Assembly (NCBI GenBank): GCA_002269645.1 | Contig: NIVC01002102.1 | Location: 62,001 to 126,000, forward strand | From: Macrostomum lignano | Taxonomy: Eukaryota | Direction: 5' to 3' | DNA length: 64,000 nt | Part shown: piece by piece, positions 51,372 to 64,000 of the stretch | Layout: the number at the start of each line of letters is the position of its first letter | Position numbering within the stretch: position 1 is the stretch's first letter | The notes under the pieces: model-generated | Database searches by the model: none | What the model was told of the DNA's origin: nothing | Seen by the model: the letters and a program-made list of their open reading frames with translations, nothing else | Translations under genes and position numbers: made by a program

Positions 51372-52512
51372 CATCTATCCTATTTGTTACTACTTTATCC
51401 CAATTATCCCAAAGTTATCGCATTTATCCCAGTGATACCCCTCTTATCCCCATCATTCCCAAATTATACCTATCCTATCCCACTTATCCCATTCTATTCT
51501 ATCCCATTTATCCCCATCCTATCCCACTTATCCCCATCCTATCCCACTTATCCCCATCCTATCCCACTAATCCCCATTCTATCCCATTTATCATATCCCA
51601 TCTATCCCATCCTACCTTATTTATCCCCATTTGATCCAATTTATCTCACTTCTATCACATTTATCCTATGATACCTCATTTATCCCCATTCCGAATTATC
51701 CCAATTCTATCGAAAACACATCACATTGATAAATTTTCAACCATGGATGGCCAGGCATTAACATCTATTGTTGAGTTGTTAAACTTTCGCGCATCAGCTA
51801 CCAGGCTATTTTAAACTTTTAAAACTTCAAATAAAAATGCGACCGTTGAAGATCACTGACTGAGACTTATAATTTTCAACCCCAGGAATTGCAGTCAACT
51901 TATCAGATTGAACCGAATTTCGGGCCAAAGAATTATTGGCCAACTTCCGGAGTTCAAACTAATTTGCCCGAATATAGTTCACGATTTGTTAAAACTTTGC
52001 CTGTCAGCTTAAAGTTGAAAGATTTCTAAATTTTCCATCAACTCCTATTCGTGGAAAAAATCACAGATAACCCAAAAATTCCATTCTGAAAGGCTGTAAA
52101 ATTTTGCAAGCGTCTTACGATTTTTAATTGACAATAAATGGCATAAATTAAATGAGATAATGATTAATAATGAGACAGAATAGGTATAAATAAGATAGAA
52201 TAGGTATAAATAAGATAGAATAGGGATAAATGGGATAGGATAGGGATAAATGGGATAGGATAGGGATAAATGGGATAGAATGGGGATAAATGGGATAGGA
52301 TGGGGATACATGGCATAGATGGGATAGGGTGGGGATACATGGCATAGATGGGATAGGGTGGGGATACATGGCATAGATGGGATAGGATGGGGATACATGG
52401 CATAGATGGGATAGGGTGGGGATACATGGCATAGATGGGATAAAATGGGGATAAATGGGATAGGATGGGGATACATGGCATAGATGGGATAAATGGGATA
52501 GGATGAGGATAA
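51372..52512. repeat. Inverted pair of (ATCCTATCCCATTTATCCCC)-type arrays (51372-51705 and 52180-52512)
   Basis: Left arm reads TATCCCATTTATCCCCATCC on +, right arm reads its reverse complement GGGATAAATGGGATAGGA. Confidence 0.85.
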
Positions 52513-52584
52513 ACTCCCCATCAAGAGATTTGCCAACACCAGAAGCGGGAGTCAGGCACAGAAGCACACGGAGGACGAACTCAC

Positions 52585-52697
52585 CCTTGCACAGGCAGGC
52601 GAAGATGAGAAGCCAGGCTCCGATCAGGGACAGCAGGAGGCCCCAGTGGATGCTGCCCAAATTGTCGATGCCATCGGATTGCTTCAGAACGCTGTAC
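52585..52697 (-). CDS. SLC6: SLC6 exon (EL2 end, TM4)
   Basis: RYSVLKQSDGIDNLGSIHWGLLLSLIGAWLLIFACLCK; TACAG acceptor, G|GTGAGT donor; phases 2/1. Confidence 0.93.
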
Positions 52698-52843
52698 CTG
52701 TAGAAGAGATGGAATATCATTAGTGAGATGTCAATATGAAAATCGGTTACAGTAGTAGTGGTAAAAAACTCATATTTATTATGTCTATGGTTGGCATCCA
52801 TCTTAGTTGCATGTCTATGGCCGAAACCCCTGACTCTTCTCAC

Positions 52844-53180
52844 CTCCAGAATTCGTTGGACGAAGTCTGACTGTAATTAACATGCAACGGTGTGCTCGAA
52901 TTGCACCTAGGATTTGCTGGCCAAGTGAAATTTGGCATCAATTGTTCCGTCAAGTTTCTCAAGTGTTCCTCAATTCGAGTCTCGGTGCAATTGCAGGTGT
53001 TGAAATCGTTGTCACACGAGTCCCAGGGAACTCTGGCGGCGAAACTCAGCACCAGGTAATAAATCACCCAGGTGAGAATGATATTGTAGTAGATGCAGAC
53101 CAAGCCGCTGATGATTATCATGCCCCAGCCGACGCCCTTGAACAGGGGACAGATATCCCACAGAGCAAGCGGTGACGCAC
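52844..53180 (-). CDS. SLC6: SLC6 exon (TM3, EL2)
   Basis: GASPLALWDICPLFKGVGWG...CIYYNIILTW...PWDSCDNDFNTCNC...EFW; TTTCAG acceptor, AG|GTGAGA donor. Confidence 0.95.
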
Positions 53181-53926
53181 CTGAAATTCGTGGTGTTAAA
53201 ATTAGTCAATTTTTACACGTAGTAATTTATGCTTTTCGAAAGCATAGAGGGGGGGGGGCGGACAGCTTTGAGTCCATTTCCTGCTTTGTGCAATATGAAT
53301 CCTACATGTGATTCGTCTGGCAGAATTGCACTTTGATTTATAGATATAGCTCGGGTCAATAAAAGCTTGTTTAGATGTTAGCAACAGTCTCTGCAGGTTA
53401 ATAAATGAACTGCATGACCCTGAGATAGAAACAATACAAGGGGATCTGCGAGCATATATAAATGATCAGACACTGACGCTCAGGATTTGGAAAACTTTGA
53501 CAGCATAATCTTGAATAACTAATTAGAAAAAAGGACAATTTCATAGTTTCATAGTCAAATTGTCGGGGGAAATTGCCATCCAGCAATGATGCTATGATTA
53601 TTACAACTGTCTTGTTACGATTTGTCAAGATGTCACTTGGCTAATAATCATAGTCACGGCTACAGCAGGGATTTTATGCTGTAAACTTCCAAATTGCTAT
53701 GTTAGAGAAAACTGCTGAAAGAAAGCAGAACAATCACAAAGCTCCATCGAGGCTTAAACGAAAACTGGCTGACGTTGACCTGACTGAAGTCAAGCAGTTC
53801 TGTGCAATCCAGAGACAGCCAGTTTAAAGCGGTTATTATTCGTAAAAATTTAAGCCTTTTCTTCTTGTTTTCGTGGGGTTGGGCGAGCATTTCCACAGAT
53901 TTTCCGCAAGCTATACGAGCTAGGAG

Positions 53927-53968
<42 letters not shown>

Positions 53969-54928
53969 TCTCGTTCAGAGCAACTAAGATCGGAGCTCTC
54001 AAAAACTTCTAGAATATTTGTACACGGGTCACGAGTTTAGCGAGAGAAATGAAAAATTAGTGGGTGTTGAGAGAGTTTGCCTAAGACTTATTTATACCTC
54101 TCTTTGCCATCTTGCCTCTCTCTTCTACTTTTTCTCTCGCCTAAGCGCCAGAGGATTCGTATCTTCAAAATTGGTACACAAAATGATGAGAGTAGTCGGA
54201 ACTGACACAGACATAGAGAGAGTAGAGACTGCCTGTCTGCAACACATTTCCGACTAAAAATTTTATAAACTGATCTGCGATGTTGCGCGTGCCATCCACA
54301 AGAAAAAGACAACTGTTTAATAGGAGCATATATAGTGAATTATGATAGCATTAATCTGAAACAGCGCATGTAGTTAATTACTGGGCACCGTTGCCTCACT
54401 GGTCAACTGCCCCCAGGGTGGCGGACGCGGCTTGCTGTCAGAGCTCTGCTGCCCAGCTGCGGGTCCAAACTCGGCTCAACTCTGACCGGCTCGACGCTCT
54501 CTGGCTGAAAATTTTGCAGCGAAATGAGGAGAGGAGAAACGGGCGCACCGATTGCTGCTCCTAGGGGAGATGAAGAGCTGCTAGAGAGAGGCTGGCAGGC
54601 GAATGGACAGGCAGACAGACAGACATCCAGACTGTCCAGCCAAGGAGTCCTTTATACATGAAAGTGACACAAGTCTGATTTTTCCTCAAGCGGGGGAAAT
54701 TCGGGTCATTCAGCAAGCATGAGAAGTTCGCATATTTCCAAGCTGTATTCAAAGTGCCAGAGCTTATCAACGTTTTAAAAATGAAAATCGTCCATTTTTG
54801 CAATGCGAGCTAAAAATGTCAATCACATTTTTTACTTTTTCAGCTCCAACTAAACTATTAGTAACTGAATGACATGGATTGAGAGGAAAAATGGTCCTGT
54901 GTCACTTCCAAATAGGGAGGACTCCTTG

Positions 54929-55143
<215 letters not shown>

Positions 55144-55592
55144 CGTAAAATCGTAGAGAGGACTCATAAATAGACAACAAAGCTGCTCACGTGTCTCTGC
55201 TTGCTTCGTAAAACAACTCTACCCAGTACGTTGTCGGAAATCTCGAACTTGAGAAAGCAAGAAGCAACAGGAATGACAGTAAATCAAATATTAAAAAATA
55301 CACAAGCTTTAAAAATATCTGGGGAGCAGAACAATGTGCATGTAAATATATGAAAAACGTACACTTCTGCTCAGTTCCCTCTAAGTACATTTAGACTTAT
55401 AGTGATTGGCTGACGAAATGGAAAGAATAAGGGGAGAGCGGAGCGGCGAACAGTGCAAGTCCAGCTAATTGAGTTTAGATTGAGAAGTTTAGATAAAGTC
55501 ATTACTCAGACGAAATCAATTAGAATTGGATTAGAGTTATTAAAAATGAAAAAACAACCACTGCGCCGAGAGGCCCCTCGGCGGCTGCTCAC

Positions 55593-55711
55593 CCGAAAAT
55601 TGTCCGATCGCCAGTTCGAGAAAGAACAGCGGCACTCCACAGATTGTCATGAAGACAATGTAGGGGATGAGGAATGCGCCGCCTCCGTTCTTGTAGCACA
55701 GGTAGGGAAAC
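55593..55711 (-). CDS. SLC6: SLC6 exon (TM1b-TM2); missed by the ORF track
   Basis: Hand translation (R)[39 protein letters not shown]; CCTCAG acceptor, G|GTGAGC donor. Confidence 0.95.
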
Positions 55712-55741
55712 CTGAGGGGAGGCGGGTGGAGTGACTGTTAT

Positions 55742-55778
55742 TTGTCTGCCTGTCTGCCTGTCTGTCTGTCTGTGTTAG

Positions 55779-55845
<67 letters not shown>

Positions 55846-55944
55846 GTCTGTGTGTCTGTGTCTGGATATCTCTCTGTCTGTCTGTCTGTCTGTCTTAGTG
55901 TCTGTCTTAGTCTTCGATTCTTATAGACTTAGTGTCTGTCTGTA

Positions 55945-55977
<33 letters not shown>

Positions 55978-56166
55978 TAGTGTCTGTCTTAGTGTCTGTC
56001 TGTCTTAGTGTCTTAATGTCTGTCTGTCTGTCTGTCTTAGTTTCCGTCTGTCTGTCTGTCTTAGTGTCCGTCTGTCTGTCTTAGTGTCTTAATGTCTGTC
56101 TTTCTGTCTGTCTGTCTGTCTTAGTGTCTCTCTGTCTTAGTGTCTTAATGTCTGTCTGTCTGTCTA

Positions 56167-56221
<55 letters not shown>

Positions 56222-56300
56222 TAGTGTCTGTCTGTCTGTCTTAGTGTCTGTCTGTCTGTCTGTCTGTCTGTGTCTGTCTGTCTGTCTGTCTGTGTCTGCT
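55742..56300. repeat. (TGTC)n microsatellite with TTAG interruptions
   Basis: Fills SLC6 intron 55712-56330. Confidence 0.93.
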
Positions 56301-56330
56301 AGTCTATCTGTCCTGTCCAGTCCGTCTTAC

Positions 56331-56548
56331 CTCCAGATGGAGCCGAAGCCCACCGCGTATCCCACGCAGCTAAGGATGAAGTCCATGTGGTGCGGCCAGT
56401 GCTCCCGCGGCTCCACCAGCGAGTCCAGGGTGGCCATCGTGTAGGACGACTGGGCGATCGCGGCGACATCGCGACAGTCGGAGTCGGCAGCCGGCAAGAC
56501 AGCGTCGGGGTCCTCGTTAGCCGGGCCGGCCCCATCCTGTTTGCAGTT
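56331..56548 (-). CDS. SLC6: SLC6 exon (N-terminus, TM1a); probable start ATG at 56437
   Basis: [26 protein letters not shown]; TTGCAG acceptor, AG|GTAAGA donor; in-frame ACGATGG in good Kozak context gives about 627 aa. Gly at the DAT-D79 position and AWGG in TM6 point to the glycine/amino-acid subfamily. Confidence 0.9.
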
Positions 56549-56714
56549 CTGCAAGGAAGGATTTGAGAATGAAGGGGGCGTAAGGAATCGCGATGCGAAC
56601 GGGTGACGGATGAACTCGCGTAGCTCGGAGAAGTTAGTGACAGAAGCAAAAGATAAATAAGTGGCAGAAAAAGAAGTCTAAAAACAAGAAAGATAGTGTG
56701 CGAAATTGTAACAC

Positions 56715-57240
56715 AAGAAAGAGGCGTGAGTGTGACAGAAGAAGGAAGCGTGAGTGTGACAGAAGAAGGAAGCGTGAGTGTGACAGAAGAAGTAAGCGTG
56801 AAAGTGTGACAGAAAGAAGTAAGCGTGAAAGTGTGACAGAAGAAGGAAGCGGGAGAGTGTAACAGAAGAAGGAAGCGTGTGACAGAAGGAAGCTTGAAAG
56901 TGTGTCAGAAGAAGGAAGCGGGAAAGTGTGACAGAAAGAAGGAAGCTTGAAAGTGTGTCAGAAGAAGGAAGCGGGAAAGTGTGACAGAAAGAAGGAAGCT
57001 TGAAAGTGTGTCAGAAGAAGGAAGCGGGAAAGTGTGACAGAAAGAAGGAAGCGGGAAAGTGTGACAGAAAGAAGGAAGCGGGAAAGTGTGACAGAAAGAA
57101 GGAAGCGGGAAGTGTGACAGAAAGAAGGAAGCGGGAAAGTGTGACAAAAGAAGGAAGCGTGTGACAGAAGGAAGCGTGAAAGTGTGACAGATAGAAGGAA
57201 GCGGGTGACAGAAGGAGGCTTGAAAGTATGACAGAAAGAA
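56715..57240. repeat. About 27-bp minisatellite (GTGTGACAGAAAGAAGGAAGCGGGAAA)n
   Basis: Direct inspection. Confidence 0.9.
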
Positions 57241-59394
57241 GTAATGCAAAGAAACAGTAAGCACATCATACAACAGAATTAATTACCAAAATATTAATTT
57301 TGTTGCTACGGGCTAATTGCCGTGGAGTAGACAACACGACGTCAAGCTCTCAATTTCAGATGCCAAAAAATGAAATCAGTTGAACAATTAGGAAATGGTT
57401 TTGTGCATTCATGCATCTTGTGTGACCTTGGTGAAAAAAAAGTTGAAACTTTCTAGGTCATAAAAGGGACAAGAAGATTAGGGCGCAGCAACAACTGTTG
57501 TCTTTAATTGTTTGATGGTCGCAGCTGATATAGTATGTACCAACACATGTGATTCAATAGATACAGCATTGCTATCCCCTGCGGTGCGATCTTGCCTGTC
57601 TCTGTGCTAGCAATTCCGCTTCCCACAAGGCCAACAGGGGGTGTCTGCAGATAGACAGACGACTGTACTGTTGTAGAAGAAGAGAGCTTGGGGAGGGAGA
57701 GAGAGGGGGGGTAAGGGGAGGCGAGTTGGTGGAAAGGAAAGGAGATGATGCTTGTGGAAAATTCCAACAGCATTTTTATTTATTCCACTAAGGGCCCACC
57801 CAGAAGGGGCAGGGGAGCCTCCGCCTCCTCCATCCGCTGGGCCGTGTGTAGCGTGGGCCATGTTGCTGCAACTGAATTCCAACGACTAAAAACTGTATTA
57901 GTGTGGTCCCCGATAATTCTGTAAGACTATTATTCTCATAAAATATCGATCATATATTAAGCCAAAAAAATTACAATTGTAAAACTCAGCTCTGCCGACA
58001 ATAAAAAATATTGATATGCTTGTGCATTTTCTGCATCAAAAAACAGACAATCGCTTCTGCGTCAAGCACGAAAGAAGTTGCTGTTTACTATTCTTAGGGA
58101 GGGTGTTTAGACTGTTTATTTTGGTGTTTACTAAGCTTTGCCACTTTGGAAACAATAAACAGTCAAAAAAGACTGGAATAATGAAGCAAAACTTTTCAAG
58201 TTCAATTCAAACTTTTCTTACCTTTCTAGACCACAGGTCTGTGATGTACTTTTTCAACGGCATCGCGCGCAACTTTGCAACCTTTGCAAATCGTTTCTAA
58301 CTCAATTTTTGTTCAGTTAAGGTTTCCAGGTTAAAGATAATTCAAAGAGGAAAGAAGTTTCGTGGCAGATTCAGCGTATTTATCAGTCTATAGTTAGCAA
58401 AACTGTCTAAAATACAACAGGGTGCGCACTGAGTACTGAGTGAATGGCGGTGGCGGGCCGAAGAACCCTGTTACTCCAGTTGCTTTAAATATGAAAAATT
58501 GCCAGACCGACACTATACCGCTCAGGCGCCTCCCCCCACCCACCCCTCCGCAAGCGCTGAAGAATCTTTGGGTCTTGCTCCCCACATGGGGCAGGAGGCA
58601 GAATAGAGGGAGAGAACTGCCTGCTGTGCGCTTGTGCCCGTCTGCACTGGGGGAGGGAGGGCGGCTGTTTGACCCTAAAAACTGCCAGCACCCCTCAGCC
58701 AATGAAATAGGCCGCTTGGCTCCTATTCAAGCTTGCACTGAGAATTATACTTGCCCCCCCCCCCCCCGGCCTAGAAAATACAAGCTGGAGAAAAGGAGAG
58801 AGAAAAGGGAGAGAGCGGAGGGAGGAGAGAGGATTGCGGGGTTGGGGAAGTTCAATGTGACGCATTTTTTCTGGGCTTGAGGAGACAGGCGGGACCCGCG
58901 ATCACTCTCGCACGAAGGGAGCGCGGACAGGGTTGTGCGGACAGGGCTGGGCCTAAGTAAGAGAACAGGCAGGCTCTGTTGGAAATTTCCACAGGCGAAC
59001 AAACAGGCGATTCCATATTGGGGGGCGGCTCAGCAAAGTAAAGAGATGGCAGATTTACCTTCATCCTCGCTTACCTCTCGTCCATTTGCTAAGCAGCTAA
59101 GACAGAACCTGCGCGCTGAGGCCCGCTACCTAACTTGCACTATTATCTAGTTTTTACCCGACTAATGTCCCTCGGATTCCCATCTCGTGAAAAAAATCAA
59201 TAAACTTTATTTGTGGGAATGTGGGATTCCCCCACAGTTTGTTGTAAATGCATACGTTTGCTAGATTAAAGCAACAAATTTATCTGGAAATGGCATGCAC
59301 GATCAAGTCGAATAGGTATTTAAGATATCAAAGCTGGCATATTTGGGAGGCAGTTACATCAAGCATATCTATCAGCAGAGGGAAAGCAGGAAAG

Positions 59395-59712
59395 CAGAGG
59401 GAATAAAGGTGAGGGACACAAGAGGAAAGAGGAAATGAGAGATGAGAGATGAGAAGAAAGGCGAGAGGGATGAGATGAGAGAGAAGAGAAGAGATGAGAA
59501 AAGATAAGATGAGAGAGGAGAGAGGAGAAAAGGAGAGAGGAGAGAGGAGAAAAGGGAGAGAGGAGAGAGGAGAAAAGGAGAGAGGAGAGAGGAGAAAAGG
59601 GAGAGAGGAGAGAGGAGAAAAGGTAGAGAGGAGAGAGGAGAAAAGGAGAGAGGAGAGAGGAGAAAAGGGAGAGAGGAGAGAGGAGAAAGGGAGAGAGGAG
59701 AAAAGGAGGTAA
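59395..59712. repeat. GA-rich polypurine tract
   Basis: Direct inspection. Confidence 0.88.
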
Positions 59713-61424
59713 AAGAGTTGAGAAAAGACCTCTTAAGCGGGCCGAAGCTGCCGACCCCTGCTCAGCAAATTTCAAAAATCTTTCTTGCGAAATCAAATAT
59801 CCCCTGGAGCCGACCATTGGCCTAAAAGTACAAAAAAGTTATTTTGAAACTACAAATCAAACATAGGATTCTCGATATTTCTCGATGTTTTGATTTACCA
59901 ATATCAAGAACCAGATGTTTAATTATGCTAATAAGCATTTTAAAATGGAGTTGCTTTAGTAATTGTGCTGCTGACCTTGTCTTCTCTGTATTAAAATGCT
60001 TGCTTAATCATCAGTTGCAATATGTTAGTTGGTGAGCCACTCGATGCTAACTGAGGTTAAAACTGTAGACAAAAAACGATATTGTCGCAATATCTGGCCA
60101 CTTAATACCCCGCACGATTCCCTTCCCTATCGAAATGTAGAAAAACTTTCCGCTGGCGGACTTCGGCCTCCGAAAAAAGGGCCTCGATTGAATTGGAGCG
60201 TCGCGGTGACACCAATATCGTTTTCGGCTTGCTTTTCCGCTTCAGCTATTCCCGCGGCATACTGCACCGCCCTCACCCAAGTTAAGATAAACAGAACGAC
60301 TTGAAAGAGATTTTACGCTAGTTTTTTATATTGTAATTGGCTTGAATAAATTTTCTTTATCAGATCTGGGCCGGCGCCGATGTGACGGGGGGAGACAAGC
60401 AGCTCCATTCGTCAAGTATTTGTTCATGCAGCCATAAAAGTTGTTTAAGAAATGTTTATCACGTGACGGAAGCGTGCCCTACATACACCTGAGAATGGTT
60501 CCCGAGAAACCAAAGTCACTTACAGGCTAATTTTTAATATTCAATTTTGCACTCTATAGGCGTTGTCACGAGGCCTTCTCGACGCTGTCTTGCACTTGCA
60601 CCGTAGCACCAGGCGTAGCTCTTGTTTTGCATTAATTCAGTGCGGTCGGAGCTGCCAGAATACAAAATGCACAGTTGAGGGCTATGCGCGACTTTGACTC
60701 TCTGCTAATAGTGCACGCTGCATGACCTCTCTCCCACCAACTCCTTCATCTCTCCTCTCGTCCACCCTTCTGTCTCTCACTCTACCTCAGTGAAATAAAA
60801 TGAACAATAAAACCACCCTAAGTCACGTGGTTCGTCGCCGTCGGTCATTTTTGCAAAGTTTCTTTTTAATTTGACAATATAGCCCAGATTCGGGCAAACT
60901 GAATATCAAATACAGCTCATTAATCATTTCATTTCTATTCACTCGTGAGCGTGTGTAGAGCAAAGTTACTCGTTAACGGAGCGCTCTTGAACTCATGGCG
61001 CCCAAAATTTTTTGGTCTTGTCTTCTGTTCTCAAACTTAGTTGTACCAGTCAGTTGAATTGGGCTCTGGTTGCAGCGGGGCTGCGCAGGGACCAACAATA
61101 TATATATAAATAAATAACACTTGAAGCCAAAATGCAAGTAAATGCACCAGGCTTATTGTGCATTTAACTGTGTATGAGAATTTTTAGTTTAGTCCTATAG
61201 TACGTTAGGTTGTCAGAGGGCCGAGCGCTTAAACCCTATGGCTAATAGAGTTTAGCACAACTGGACAAATTTGGGTGCAGCTGACCATGCACAGGGGAGG
61301 GTAGGTTCTCTGTGAGTGCGCACTACTTATTTTCTTGTTGAGCGAACCTAGCAAAATTGGCATGGTTAATTACTAAACCTTACTCCATATTTTGGTCTGC
61401 GTTTTAAACTACGTCTGGTATCTC

Positions 61425-62240
61425 TGTTTCTACTTGTTTGTAGCTTCTCTCTATGCTTGTGCATTTGTCTACTTCTCTATCTACTGGTGTCTATGTGCTT
61501 GTCTACTTCTCTATCTACTCGTGTCTATGTGCTTGTCTACTTCTCTATCTACTCGTGTCTATGTGCTTGTCTACTTCTCTATCTACTGGTGTCTATGTGC
61601 TTGTCTACTTCTCTATCTACTGGTGTCTACGTGCTTGTCTACTTCTCTATCTACTGGTGTCTATGTGCTTGTCTACTTCTCTGTCTACTGGTGTCTACGT
61701 GCTTGTCTACTTCTCTATCTACTGGTGTCTATGTGCTTGTCTACTTCTCTATCTACTGGTGTCTATGTGCTTGTCTACTTCTCTATCTACTGGTGTCTAT
61801 GTGCTTGTCTACTTCTCTATCTACTGGTGTCTATGTGCTTGTCTACTTCTCTATCTACTGGTGTCTATGTGCTTGTCTACTTCTCTATCTACTGGTGTCT
61901 ATGTGCTTGTCTACTTCTCTATCTACTGGTGTCTATGTGCTTGTCTACTTCTCTATCTACTGGTGTCTATGTGCTTGTCTACTTCTCTATCTACTGGTGT
62001 CTATGTGCTTGTCTACTTCTCTATCTACTCGTGGCGATGTGTCTGTCTACTTGTCTACTTCTCTATCTACTCGTGGCGATGTGCTTGTCTACTTCTCTAT
62101 CTACTCGTATCTATGTGCTTGTCTACTTCTCTATCTACTCGTATCTAAGTGCTTGTCTTCTACTTCTCTATCTACTCACGTGTGTACCTGTTTACTTCTC
62201 TCTCTACTCATGTGTGTACCTGTCTACTTCTCTATCTATT
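61425..62240. repeat. 34-bp minisatellite (TGTCTATGTGCTTGTCTACTTCTCTATCTACTGG)n
   Basis: Direct inspection. Confidence 0.95.
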
Positions 62241-63164
62241 TCCTCATTTCCCACAGTCAAGTCCAACAAAAATTCTCTCAGTAAAGTTCTCTCAAGCCAA
62301 ATATTATTTGCTTCAAAACCTCAGCAATCTTTCTTGCGAAATCAAAGCAATACGATAGATAGCGTTCTTGTTATGCATTTCGGTCGATATCACGTGAGCA
62401 AACACGGGGGTTACAGCCTTTTCCGGGTTTTCTGTGAATCAAGCAGGTGAAGAATATATGTATAATTTGAGCAGCCACGAAAAGCATGCCCTCAAACTGA
62501 GATTCGCTCCAATAAGCACTCCGACCGAGTGTTAAAGTTATTCTGCATGCATTAATTAGTTAGCAAACTAATTTATTGTGCCCCGTTCACTAGTAAATGG
62601 AGAAAATAAAGTTGAAGGCCAATTATCATGACAAAAATGAGTCACGAGTTCTAGAAATGGATCTTTCTTGAGCAGGCCCACTTGATTTTCGACAAGCTCT
62701 TATCAATTGGTTTAGTATTTACCTCAGAAGCCCCTCGAACTGTGCTCTTATCGCTAAAATGCACTCAAAATCAGCTGTAAAAAAGCAGCATTCTTGCAGT
62801 GCCTCACGCTCGACAAGCACAATTTTTTAGAATATGAAAACTTCAACCCGCTGTCTTTATCAGCGATAGACAGTGACAGCAGCGAGGCAAGCAATCAATT
62901 CTTTAAAAAATGTTTTACTGTCAATCAACTGGTAAAAAAATTGCGCCATTGTATCAGCGTCAGTGCAAATGTACTTTTATGACCCCAGGCGTGACTGGGG
63001 TAGTCAATTACAATATTTTGTCTGGGCAGCTTGCTCATGCATTCAATGCATTCTTTACCCCCACTGTAGACCCTACACACAGACACACACACAGCAAAAT
63101 TATTGCTTTGACTAACAACTTTATAAATTTTAGTTTACTTGCGTTAACTAGCCTTCCCATCTCC

Positions 63165-63685
63165 TTCCCCGGCCTTCCCCTCTCCTAGCCCGCCTTCCCC
63201 TCTCCTAGCCCGCCTTCCCCTCTCCTTCCCCGCCTTCCCCTCCCCTAGCCCGCCTTCCCCTCTCCTAGCCCGCCTTCCCCTCTCCTTCCCCGCCTTCCCC
63301 TCCCCTAGCCCACCTTCCCCTCCCCTAGCCCGCCTTCCCCTCTCCTTCCCGCCTTCCCCTCCCCTAGCCCGCCTTCCCCTCTCCTAGCCCGCCTTCCCCT
63401 CTCCTAGCCCGCCTTCCCCTCTCCTAGCCCGCCTTCCCCTCTCCTAGCCCGCCTTCCCCTCTCCTTCCCCGCCTTCCCCTCCCCTAGCCCGCCTTCCCCT
63501 CCCCTAGCCCGCCTTCCCCTCTCCTAGCCGGCCTTCCCCTCTCCTAGCCCGCCTTCCCCTCTCCTAGCCCGCCTTCCCCTCTCCTTCCCCGCCTTCCCCT
63601 CCCCTAGCCCGCCTTCCCCTCTCCTTCCCCGCCTTCCCCTCCCCTAGCCCGCCTTCCCCTCTCCTTCCCCGCCTTCCCCTCTACT
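63165..63685. repeat. 20-bp minisatellite (CCCGCCTTCCCCTCTCCTAG)n
   Basis: Direct inspection. Confidence 0.93.
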
Positions 63686-64000
63686 TCTCTCCTTCTCTCC
63701 CCTGCTTCGATCTTCTCTCCATATCCCTTTTCCTTTGAATCCTTTCCTTTCACACAAACGAAAATTACCACCTCATGGTGCAGAATCAAAGACAGCCGGT
63801 CTGCTTTCGAGAAAATCATTTTAATTGGAGCTCTAAAACCTGCATGTGAGGAGACTTCCTGCTGTTTTTCTGAGTCTGCAGCTTCACAAAAGCCTTTGCA
63901 AAAATGAAGCTATCTGCTGTCACTTATCCATCATGGCCCTTCCCTGCTCTAATTGCCCCCCCCGCTGGAAAACTCGTCTTTTGAGCGGACAGCGCTGAGT

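Noticed and set aside
57790-57862. Upstream coding exon for SLC6 (MAHATHGPADGGGGG...)
   Set aside because: Available GT donors are phase 1 or 2 and do not join the phase-0 acceptor at 56548; it may be 5' UTR or need an unseen exon.

Overview
Eukaryotic (animal) genomic DNA with GC-rich exons and introns packed with tandem repeats. The style suggests a free-living flatworm such as Macrostomum, but that is an inference I cannot verify. Four spliced protein-coding genes can be rebuilt by hand with matching GT-AG phases: (1) the last two exons of an unidentified coiled-coil protein (+, 1-2767); (2) an RGS-box GAP (-, 4297-16424) with two plausible alternative N-termini; (3) a 3-exon Shaw-like voltage-gated K+ channel (+, 25733-42618, about 642 aa); (4) an 8-exon glycine-transporter-like SLC6/NSS gene (-, 47318-56548, about 627-664 aa). 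Mobile DNA comprises three copies of a tRNA-headed CORE-type SINE, a complete hAT-type MITE (17-bp TIRs, 8-bp TSD) plus a partial relative, and a decayed RNase H-bearing LINE 3' end with a histone H3 fragment embedded in its RNase H domain. About 30 different mini/microsatellite arrays account for almost all long ORFs in the supplied track, which are not real proteins. Best leads: the intact SLC6 has lost two Na1/Cl- site residues; the Kv channel has a non-canonical S6 gate and a possible 39-nt in-frame exitron in S4; the H3-in-LINE chimera; and complementary repeat arms bracketing an intron and an exon of the SLC6 gene. All alignments and coordinates were done by eye; array ends are approximate.
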